DNA from: Auanema rhodensis
Taxonomy: Eukaryota; Animalia; Nematoda
Reading direction: 5' to 3'
Length of the DNA stretch: 64,000 nt
Assembly (NCBI GenBank): GCA_964057225.1
Contig: OZ059900.1
Location: 23,932,001-23,996,000, forward strand
Notes under the pieces: generated by a model
Database searches by the model: none
The model's input: the letters and a program-made list of their open reading frames with translations, nothing else
Told to the model about the DNA's origin: nothing
Shown: positions 1 through 11,148 of the stretch, piece after piece
Layout: every line of letters begins with the position of its first letter
Position numbering within the stretch: the stretch's first letter is position 1
Translations under genes and position numbers: made by a program

Positions 1-37
1 ATTAGCATATTCTGAGGGCACGCCCCTTATGGCTAAT
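1..37. other. Imperfect dyad (hairpin-capable) at the GC-rich core of each monomer (representative copy)
   Basis: ATTAGC-ATA...AGGG-CACGC-CCCT-TAT-G-GCTAAT: outer ATTAGC/GCTAAT pair and inner AGGG/CCCT pair. Folding is predicted by eye only. Confidence 0.7.
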
Positions 38-102
38 ATTGATTAAATCGATTTTTGTTCATATGAGTCGTCAAATGCAACGAATTTCTGCATGTTACAT
101 AC

Positions 103-119
103 TAAAATGAAGCATTTTA
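103..119. other. Perfect 7-bp-stem dyad TAAAATG-AAG-CATTTTA in each monomer (representative copy)
   Basis: Read directly. It extends imperfectly to TGTT...AACA (about monomer 93-130). Confidence 0.85.
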
Positions 120-152
120 CATGCTGAACACTAGAAAAAAACAAAAACACAG

Positions 153-170
153 TATTTCCCATGAGAAATA
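153..170. other. 18-bp quasi-palindrome TATTTCCCATGAGAAATA in each monomer (representative copy)
   Basis: The reverse complement is TATTTCTCATGGGAAATA, i.e. one mismatched pair. Confidence 0.85.
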
Positions 171-3100
171 TTTTATTATGCTGGAAAACCAGTTTTTGGA
201 AATTTCGCTGTAAACAAGGTTTTGACTTACGATTTCATGTGTTCAAACTCATGCAATGTCAATGAAACTTAGCTCAAAATTGTTCGTACAACGTCTAGTT
301 CCACTTTCACGACAAAAAAACAGGGGTTAGAAAATTAAGGAAATTAGCATATTCTGAGGGCACGCCCCTTATGGCTAATATTGATTAAATCGATTTTTGT
401 TCATATGAGTCGTCAAATGCAACGAATTTCAGCGTGTTACATACTAAAATGAAGCATTTTACATGCTGAACACTAGAAAAATACAAAAACACAGTATTTC
501 CCATGAGAAATATTTTATTATGCTGGAAAACCAGTTTTTGGAAATTTCGCTGTAAACAAGGTTTTGACTTACGATTTCATGTGTTCAAACTCATGCAATG
601 TCAATGAAACCTAGCTCAAAATTGTTTGTACAACGTCTAGTTCCACTTTCACGACAAAAAAACAGGGGTTAGAAAATTAAGGAAATTAGCATATTCTGAG
701 GGCACGCCCCTTATGGCTAATATTGATTAAATCGATTTTTGTTCATATGAGTCGTCAAATGCAACGAATTTCAGCGTGTTACATACTAAAATGAAGCATT
801 TTACATGCTGAACACTAGAAAAATACAAAAACACAGTATTTCCCATGAGAAATATTTTATTATGCTGGAAAACCAGTTTTTGGAAATTTCGCTGTAAACA
901 AGGTTTTGACTTACGATTTCATGTGTTCAAACTCATGCAATGTCAATGAAACTTAGCTCAAAATTGTTCGTACAACGTCTAGTTCCACTTTCACGACAAA
1001 AAAACAAGGGTTAGAAAATTAAGGAAATTAGCATATTCTGAGGGCACGCCCCTTATGGCTAATATTGATTAAATCGATTTTTGTTCATATGAGTCGTCAA
1101 ATGCAACGAATTTCAGCGTGTTACATACTAAACTGAAGCATTTTACATGCTGAACACTAGAAAAATACAAAAACACAGTATTTCCCATGAGAAATATTTT
1201 ATTATGCTGGAGAACCAGTTTTTGGAAATTTCGCTGTAAACAAGGTTTTGACTTACGATTTCATGTGTTCAAACTCATGCAATGTCAATGAAACCTAGCT
1301 CAAAATTGTTCGTACAACGTCTAGTTCCACTTTCACGACAAAAAAACAGGGGTTAGAAAATTAAGGAAATTAGCATATTCTGAGGGCACGCCCCTTATGG
1401 CTAATATTGATTAAATCGATTTTTGTTCATATGAGTCGTCAAATGCAACGAATTTTAGCGTGTTACATACTCAAATGAAGCATTTTACATGCTGAACACT
1501 AGAAAAATACAAAAACACAGTATTTCCCATGAGAAATATTTTATTATGCTGGAAAACCAGTTTTTGGAAATTTCGCTGTAAACAAGGTTTGACTTACGAT
1601 TTCATGTGTTCAAACTCATGCAATGTCAATGAAACCTAGCTCAAAATTGTTCGTACAACGTCTAGTTCCACTTTCACGACAAAAAAACAGGGGTTAGAAA
1701 ATTAAGGAAATTAGCATATTCTGAGGGCACGCCCCTTATTGCTAATATTGATTAAATCGATTTTTGTTCATATGAGTCGTCAAATGCAACGAATTTCAGC
1801 GTGTTACATACTAAAATGAAGCATTTTACATGCTGAACACTAGAAAAATACAAAAACACAGTATTACCCATGAAAAATATTTTATTATGCTGGAAAACCA
1901 GTTTTTGGAAATTTCGCTGTAAACAAGGTTTTGACTTACGATTTCATGTGTTCAAACTCATGCAATGTCAATGAAACCTAGCTCAAAATTGTTCGTACAA
2001 CGTCTAGTTCCACTTTCACGACAAAAAAACAGGGGTTAGAAAATTAAGGAAATTAGCATATTCTGAGGGCACGCCCCTTATGGCTAATATTGATTAAATC
2101 GATTTTTGTTCATATGAGTCGTCAAATGCAACGAATTTCAGCGTGTTACATACTAAAATGAAGCATTTTACATGCTGAACACTAGAAAAATACAAAAACA
2201 CAGTATTTCCCATGAGAAATATTTTATTATGCTGGAAAACCAGTTTTTGGAAATTTCGCTGTAAACAAGGTTTTGACTTACGATTTCATGTGTTCAAACT
2301 CATGCAATGTCAATGAAACTTAGCTCAAAATTGTTCGTACAACGTCTAGTTCCACTTTCACGACAAAAAAACAGGGGTTAGAAAATTAAGGAAATTAGCA
2401 TATTCTGAGGGCACGCCCCTTATGGCTAATATTGATTAAATCGATTTTTGTTCATATGAGTCGTCAAATGCAACGAATTTCAGCGTGTTACATACTAAAA
2501 TGAAGCATTTTACATGCTGAACACTAGAAAAATACAAAAACACAGTATTTCCCATGAGAAATATTTTATTATGCTGGAAAACCAGTTTTTGGAAATTTCG
2601 CTGTAAACAAGGTTTTGACTTACGATTTCATGTGTTCAAACTCATGCAATGTCAATGAAACCTAGCTCAAAATTGTTTGTACAACGTCTAGTTCCACTTT
2701 CACGACAAAAAAACAGGGGTTAGAAAATTAAGGAAATTAGCATATTCTGAGGGCACGCCCCTTATGGCTAATATTGATTAAATCGATTTTTGTTCATATG
2801 AGTCGTCAAATGCAACGAATTTCAGCGTGTTACATACTAAAATGAAGCATTTTACATGCTGAACACTAGAAAAATACAAAAACACAGTATTTCCCATGAG
2901 AAATATTTTATTATGCTGGAAAACCAGTTTTTGGAAATTTCGCTGTAAACAAGGTTTTGACTTACGATTTCATGTGTTCAAACTCATGCAATGTCAATGA
3001 AACTTAGCTCAAAATTGTTCGTTCAACGTCTAGTTCCACTTTCACGACAAAAAAACAAGGGTTAGAAAATTAAGGAAATTAGCATATTCTGAGGGCACGC

Positions 3101-5269
3101 CCCTTATGGCTAATATTGATTAAATCGATTTTTGTTCATATGAGTCGTCAAATGCAACGAATTTCAGCGTGTTACATACTAAAATGAAGCATTTTACATG
3201 CTGAACACTAGAAAAATACAAAAACACAGTATTTCCCATGAGAAATATTTTATTATGCTGGAAAACCAGTTTTTGGAAATTTCGCTGTAAACAAGGTTTT
3301 GACTTACGATTTCATGTGTTCAAACTCATGCAATGTCAATGAAACCTAGCTCAAAATTGTTTGTACAACGTCTAGTTCCACTTTCACGACAAAAAAACAG
3401 GGGTTAGAAAATTAAGGAAATTAGCATATTCTGAGGGCACGCCCCTTATGGCTAATATTGATTAAATCGATTTTTGTTCATATGAGTCGTCAAATGCAAC
3501 GAATTTCAGCGTGTTACATACTAAAATGAAGCATTTTACATGCTGAACACTAGAAAAATACAAAAACACAGTATTTCCCATGAGAAATATTTTATTATGC
3601 TGGAAAACCAGTTTTTGGAAATTTCGCTGTAAACAAGGTTTTGACTTACGATTTCATGTGTTCAAACTCATGCAATGTCAATGAAACCTAGCTCAAAATT
3701 GTTCGTACAACGTCTAGTTCCACTTTCACGACAAAAAAACAAGGGTTAGAAAATTAAGGAAATTAGCATATTCTGAGGGCACGCCCCTTATGGCTAATAT
3801 TGATTAAATCGATTTTTGTTCATATGAGTCGTCAAATGCAACGAATTTCAGCGTGTTACATACTAAAATGAAGCATTTTACATGCTGAACACTAGAAAAA
3901 TACAAAAACACAGTATTTCCCATGAGAAATATTTTATTATGCTGGAAAACCAGTTTTTGGAAATTTCGCTGTAAACAAGGTTTTGACTTACGATTTCATG
4001 TGTTCAAACTCATGCAATGTCAATGAAACCTAGCTCAAAATTGTTCGTACAACGTCTAGTTCCACTTTCACGACAAAAAAACAGGGGTTAGAAAATTAAG
4101 GAAATTAGCATATTCTGAGGGCACGCCCCTTATGGCTAATATTGATTAAATCGATTTTTGTTCATATGAGTCGTCAAATGCAACGAATTTCAGCGTGTTA
4201 CATACTAAAATGAAGCATTTTACATGCTGAACACTAGAAAAATACAAAAACACAGTATTTCCCATGAGAAATATTTTATTATGCTGGAAAACCAGTTTTT
4301 GGAAATTTCGCTGTAAACAAGGTTTTGACTTACGATTTCATGTGTTCAAACTCATGCAATGTCAATGAAACCTAGCTCAAAATTGTTTGTACAACGTCTA
4401 GTTCCACTTTCACGACAAAAAAACAGGGGTTAGAAAATTAAGGAAATTAGCATATTCTGAGGGCACGCCCCTTATGGCTAATATTGATTAAATCGATTTT
4501 TGTTCATATGAGTCGTCAAATGCAACGAATTACAGCGTGTTACATACTAAAATGAAGCATTTTACATGCTGAACACTAGAAAAATACAAAAACACAGTAT
4601 TTCCCATGAGAAATATTTTATTATGCTGGAAAACCAGTTTTTGGAAATTTCGCTGTAAACAAGGTTTTGACTTACGATTTCATGTGTTCAAACTCATGCA
4701 ATGTCAATGAAACCTAGCTCAAAATTGTTCGTACAACGTCTAGTTCCACTTTCACGACAAAAAAACAAGGGTTAGAAAATTAAGGAAATTAGCATATTCT
4801 GAGGGCACGCCCCTTATGGCTAATATTGATTAAATCGATTTTTGTTCATATGAGTCGTCAAATGCAACGAATTTCAGCGTGTTACATACTAAAATGAAGC
4901 ATTTTACATGCTGAACACTAGAAAAATACAAAAACACAGTATTTCCCATGAGAAATATTTTATTATGCTGGAAAACCAGTTTTTGGAAATTTCGCTGTAA
5001 ACAAGGTTTTGACTTACGATTTCATGTGTTCAAACTCATGCAATGTCAATGAAACCTAGCTCAAAATTGTTCGTACAACGTCTAGTTCCACTTTCACGAC
5101 AAAAAAACAGGGGTTAGAAAATTAAGGAAATTAGCATATTCTGAGGGCACGCCCCTTATGGCTAATATTGATTAAATCGATTTTTGTTCATATGAGTCGT
5201 CAAATGCAACGAATTTCTGCATGTTACATACTAAAATGAAGCATTTTACATGCTGAACACTAGAAAAAA

Positions 5270-8200
5270 ACAAAAACACAGTATTTCCCATGAGAAATAT
5301 TTTATTATGCTGGAAAACCAGTTTTTGGAAATTTCGCTGTAAACAAGGTTTTGACTTACGATTTCATGTGTTCAAACTCATGCAATGTCAATGAAACTTA
5401 GCTCGAAATTGTTCGTACAACGTCTAGTTCCACTTTCACGACAAAAAAACAGGGGTTAGAAAATTAAGGAAATTAGCATATTCTGAGGGCACGCCCCTTA
5501 TGGCTAATATTGATTAAATCGATTTTTGTTCATATGAGTCGTCAAATGCAACGAATTTCAGCGTGTTACATACTAATATGAAGCATTTTACATGCTGAAC
5601 ACTAGAAAAATACAAAAACACAGTATTTCCCATGAGAAATATTTTATTATGCTGGAAAACCAGTTTTTGGAAATTTCGCTGTAAACAAGGTTTTGACTTA
5701 CGATTTCATGTGTTCAAACTCATGCAATGTCAATGAAACCTAGCTCAAAATTGTTCGTACAACGTCTAGTTCCACTTTCACGACAAAAAAACAGGGGTTA
5801 GAAAATTAAGGAAATAAGCATATTCTGAGGGCACGCCCCTTATGGCTAATATTGATTAAATCGATTTTTGTTCATATGAGTCGTCAAATGCAACGAATTT
5901 CAGCGTGTTACATACTAAAATGAAGCATTTTACATGCTGAACACTAGAACAATACAAAAACACAGTATTTCCCATGAGAAATATTTTATTATGCTGGAAA
6001 ACCAGTTTTTGGAAATTTCGATGTAAACAAGGTTTTCACTTACGATTTCATGTGTTCAAACTCATGCAATGTCAATGAAACCTAGCTTAAAATTGTTCGT
6101 ACAACGTCTAGTTCCACTTTCACGACAAAAAAACAGGGGTTAGAAAATTAAGGAAATTAGCATATTCTGAGGGCACGCCCCTTATGGCTAATATTGATTA
6201 AATCGATTTTTGTTCATATGAGTCGTCAAATGCAACGAATTTCAGCGTGTTACATACTAAAATGAAGCATTTTACAAGCTGAACACTAGAAAAATACAAA
6301 AACACAGTATTTCCCATGAGAAATATTTTATTATGCTGGAAAACCAGTTTTTGGAAATTTCGCTGTAAACAAGGTTTTGACTTACGATTTCATGTGTTCA
6401 AACTCATGCAATGTCAATGAAACCTAGCTTAAAATTGTTCGTACAACGTCTAGTTCCACTTTCACGACAAAAAAACAGGGGTTAGAAAATTAAGGAAATT
6501 AGCATATTCTGAGGGCACGCCCCTTATGGCTAATATTGATTAAATCGATTTTTGTTCATATGAGTCGTCAAATGCAACGAATTTCAGCGTGTTACATACT
6601 AAAATGAAGCATTTTACAAGCTGAACACTAGAAAAATACAAAAACACAGTATTTCCCATGAGAAATATTTTATTATGCTGGAAAACCAGTTTTTGGAAAT
6701 TTCGCTGTAAACAAGGTTTTGACTTACGATTTCATGTGTTCAAACTCATGCAATGTCAATGAAACGTAGCTCAAAATTGTTCGTACAACGTCTAGTTCCA
6801 CTTTCACGACAAAAAAACAGGGGTTAGAAAATTAAGGAAATTAGCATATTCTGAGGGCACGCCCCTTATGGCTAATATTGATTAAATCGATTTTTGTTCA
6901 TATGAGTCGTCAAATGCAACGAATTTCAGCGTGTTACATACTAAAATGAAGCATTTTACATGCTGAACACTAGAAAAAAACAAAAACACAGTATTTCCCA
7001 TGAGAAATATTTTATTATGCTGGAAAACCAGTTTTTGGAAATTTCGCTGTAAACAAGGTTTTGACTTACGATTTCATGTGTTCAAACTCATGCAATGTCA
7101 ATGAAACTTAGCTCAAAATTGTTCGTACAACGTCTAGTTCCACTTTCACGACAAAAAAACAGGGGTTAGAAAATTAAGGAAATTAGCATATTCTGAGGGC
7201 ACGCCCCTTATGGCTAATATTGATTAAATCGATTTTTGTTCATATGAGTCGTCAAATGCAACGAATTTCAGCGTGTTACATACTAATATGAAGCATTTTA
7301 CATGCTGAACACTAGAAAAATACAAAAACACAGTATTTCCCATGAGAAATATTTTATTATGCTGGAAAACCAGTTTTTGGAAATTTCGCTGTAAACAAGG
7401 TTTTGACTTACGATTTCATGTGTTCAAACTCATGCAATGTCAATGAAACCTAGCTCAAAATTGTTCGTACAACGTCTAGTTCCACTTTCACGACAAAAAA
7501 ACAGGGGTTAGAAAATTAAGGAAATAAGCATATTCTGAGGGCACGCCCCTTATGGCTAATATTGATTAAATCGATTTTTGTTCATATGAGTCGTCAAATG
7601 CAACGAATTTCAGCGTGTTACATACTAAAATGAAGCATTTTACATGCTGAACACTAGAACAATACAAAAACACAGTATTTCCCATGAGAAATATTTTATT
7701 ATGCTGGAAAACCAGTTTTTGGAAATTTCGATGTAAACAAGGTTTTGACTTACGATTTCATGTGTTCAAACTCATGCAATGTCAATGAAACCTAGCTTAA
7801 AATTGTTCGTACAACGTCTAGTTCCACTTTCACGACAAAAAAACAGGGGTTAGAAAATTAAGGAAATTAGCATATTCTGAGGGCACGCCCCTTATGGCTA
7901 ATATTGATTAAATCGATTTTTGTTCATATGAGTCGTCAAATGCAACGAATTTCAGCGTGTTACATACTAAAATGAAGCATTTTACAAGCTGAACACTAGA
8001 AAAATACAAAAACACAGTTTTTCCCATGAGAAATATTTTATTATGCTGGAAAACCAGTTTTTGGAAATTTCGCTGTAAACAAGGTTTTGACTTACGATTT
8101 CATGTGTTCAAACTCATGCAATGTCAATGAAACCTAGCTTAAAATTGTTCGTACAACGTCTAGTTCCACTTTCACGACAAAAAAACAGGGGTTAGAAAAT

Positions 8201-8820
8201 TAAGGAAATTAGCATATTCTGAGGGCACGCCCCTTATGGCTAATATTGATTAAATCGATTTTTGTTCATATGAGTCGTCAAATGCAACGAATTTCAGCGT
8301 GTTACATACTAAAATGAAGCATTTTACAAGCTGAACACTAGAAAAATACAAAAACACAGTATTTCCCATGAGAAATATTTTATTATGCTGGAAAACCAGT
8401 TTTTGGAAATTTCGCTGTAAACAAGGTTTTGACTTACGATTTCATGTGTTCAAACTCATGCAATATCAATGAAACGTAGCTCAAAATTGTTCGTACAACG
8501 TCTAGTTCCACTTTCACGACAAAAAAACAGGGGTTAGAAAATTAAGGAAATTAGCATATTCTGAGGGCACGCCCCTTATGGCTAATATTGATTAAATCGA
8601 TTTTTGTTCATATGAGTCGTCAAATGCAACGAATTTCAGCGTGTTACATACTAAAATGAAGCATTTTACATGCTGAACACTAGAAAAAAACAAAAACACA
8701 GTATTTCCCATAAGAAATATTTTATTATGCTGGAAAACCAGTTTTTGGAAATTTCGCTGTAAACAAGGTTTTGACTTACGATTTCATGTGTTCAAACTCA
8801 TGCAATGTCAATGAAACTTA
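5270..8820 (+). repeat. 5-monomer (1710 bp) higher-order tandem duplication
   Basis: Rare variants recur at a +1710 offset: TACTAATATG 5571/7281, GAAATAAGCA 5811/7521, AGAACAAT 5950/7660, TTCGATG 6021/7731, AAACGTAGC 6766/8476. Boundaries approximate. Confidence 0.9.
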
Positions 8821-11071
8821 GCTCAAAATTGTTCGTACAACGTCTAGTTCCACTTTCACGACAAAAAAACAGGGGTTAGAAAATTAAGGAAATTAGCATA
8901 TTCTGAGGGCACGCCCCTTATGGCTAATATTGATTAAATCGATTTTTGTTCATATGAGTCGTCAAATGCAACGAATTTCAGCGTGTTACATACTAAAATG
9001 AAGCATTTCACATGCTGAACACTAGAAAAATACAAAAACACAGTATTTCTCATGAGAAATATTTTATTATGCTGGAAAACCAGTTTTTGGAAATTTCGCT
9101 GTAAACAAGGTTTTGACTTACGATTTCATGTGTTCAAACTCATGCAATGTCAATGAAACCTAGCTCAAAATTGTTTGTACAACGTCTAGTTCCACTTTCA
9201 CGACAAAAAAACAGGGGTTAGAAAATTAAGGAAATTAGCATATTCTGAGGGCACGCCCCTTATGGCTAATATTGATTAAATCGATTTTTGTTCATATGAG
9301 TCGTCAAATGCAACGAATTTCAGCGTGTTACATACTAAAATGAAGCATTTTACATGCTGAACACTAGAAAAATACAAAAACACAGTATTTCCCATGAGAA
9401 ATATTTTATTATGCTGGAAAACCAGTTTTTGGAAATTTCGCTGTAAACAAGGTTTTGACTTACGATTTCATGTGTTCAAACTCATGCAATGTCAATGAAA
9501 CCTAGCTCAAAATTGTTCGTACAACGTCTAGTTCCACTTTCACGACAAAAAAACAGGGGTTAGAAAATTAAGGAAATTAGCATATTCTGAGGGCACGCCC
9601 CTTATGGCTAATATTGATTAAATCGATTTTTGTTCATATGAGTCGTCAAATGCAACGAATTTCAGCGTGTTACATACTAAAATGAAGCATTTTACATGCT
9701 GAACACTAGAAAAATACAAAAACACAGTATTTCCCATGAGAAATATTTTATTATGCTGGAAAACCAGTTTTTGGAAATTTCGCTGTAAACAAGGTTTTGA
9801 CTTACGATTTCATGTGTTCAAACTCATGCAATGTCAATGAAACCTAGCTCAAATTTGTTCGTACAACGTCTAGTTCCACTTTCACGACAAAAAAACAGGG
9901 GTTAGAAAATTAAGGAAATTAGCATATTCTGAGGGCACGCCCCTTATGCCTAATGTTGATTAAATCGATTTTTGTTCATATGAGTCGTCAAATGCAACGA
10001 ATTTCAGCGTGTTACATACTAAAATGAAGCATTTTACATGCTGAACACTAGAAAAATACAAAAACACAGTATTTCCCATGTGAAATATTTTATTATGCTG
10101 GAAAACCAGTTTTTGGAAATTTCGCTGTAAACAAGGATTTGACTTACGATTTCATGTGTTCAAACTCATGCAATGTCAATGAAACCTAGCTCAAAATTGT
10201 TCGTACAACGTCTAGTTCCACTTTCACGACAAAAAAACAGGGGTTAGAAAATTAAGGAAATTAGCATATTCTGAGGGCACGCCCCTTATGGCTAATATTG
10301 ATTAAATCGATTTTTGTTCATATGAGTCGTCAAATGCAACGAATTTCAGCGTGTTACATACTAAAATGAAGCATTTTACATGCTGAACACTAGAAAAATA
10401 CAAAAACACAGTATTTCCCATGAGAAATATTTTATTATGCTGGAAAACCAGTTTTTGGAAATTTCGCTGTAAACAAGGTTTTGACTTACTTTTTCTTGTG
10501 TTCAAACTCATGCAATGTCAATGAAACCTAGCTCAAAATTGTTCGTACAACGTCTAGTTCCACTTTCACGACAAAAAAACAGGGGTTAGAAAATTAAGGA
10601 AATTAGCATATTCTGAGGGCACGCCCCTTATGGCTAATATTGATTAAATCGATTTTTGTTCATATGAGTCGTCAAATGCAACGAATTTCAGCGTGTTACA
10701 TACTAAAATGAAGCATTTTACAAGCTGAACACTAGAAAAATACAAAAACACAGTATTTCCCATGAGAAATATTTTATTATGCTGGAAAACCAGTTTTTGG
10801 AAATTTCGCTGTAAACAAGGTTTTGACTTACGATTTCATGTGTTCAAACTCATGCAATGTCAATGAAACCTAGCTTAAAATTGTTCGTACAACGTCTAGT
10901 TCCACTTTCACGACAAAAAAACAGGGGTTAGAAAATTAAGGAAATTAGCATATTCTGAGGGCACGCCCCTTATGGCTAATATTGATTAAATCGATTTTTG
11001 TTCATATGAGTCGTCAAATGCAACGAATTTCAGCGTGTTACATACTAAAATGAAGCATTTTACATGCTGAA

Positions 11072-11148
11072 CACTTTCACGACAAAAAAACAGAAAAAAA
11101 AAACAGAAAAAACAGAAAAAAAAAACAGAAAAAAAAACAAAAAAAAAC
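11072..11148. other. Satellite inversion junction: CACT microhomology jump + 18-nt monomer fragment + 55-bp iterated A(n)CAG filler
   Basis: CACT at 11072-11075 matches both monomer 129-132 and 302-305. TTCACGACAAAAAAACAG (11076-11093) is monomer 306-323. 11094-11148 reads A10 CAG A6 CAG A10 CAG A9 C A9 C. Confidence 0.95.

Larger units (their letters stand above)
1..11075 (+). repeat. 342-bp tandem satellite DNA array, forward-orientation block (32 full monomers + 132-nt partial; continues beyond window start)
   Basis: ATTAGCATATTCTGAGGGCACGCCCCTTATGG recurs at 1, 343, 685, 1027 and 1369. After a 1-bp deletion near 1590 it recurs at 1710 + 342k up to 10944. The last copy stops at ...GCTGAACACT (11075). 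Monomer phase is arbitrary. Confidence 0.99.

Noticed and set aside
1-342. Primate alpha-satellite dimer (2 x 171 bp)
   Set aside because: Only the length matches. I see no 171-bp internal homology and no alphoid motifs. A BLAST/Dfam search is needed to name the family.
1-342. Tandem 5S rRNA, tRNA or snRNA gene unit
   Set aside because: No recognisable 5S, tRNA cloverleaf, Pol III box or spliced-leader sequence in the monomer by eye. An Rfam/Infernal scan would be the definitive test.
323-348. Telomere-like GGGTTAG and TTAG/TTAAGG/TTAG run
   Set aside because: A single degenerate unit per monomer with no tandem telomeric array; compatible with chance.
10302-10511. 69-aa ORF on the minus strand
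   Set aside because: It lies wholly inside one satellite monomer and is open only because private substitutions at 10490-10496 remove the stop present in the other copies. No recognisable protein features.
11094-11148. Retrotransposon poly(A) tail or terminator at the junction
   Set aside because: There is no element body or target-site duplication, and the tract is explained as reiteration of the adjacent monomer motif A7-CAG.
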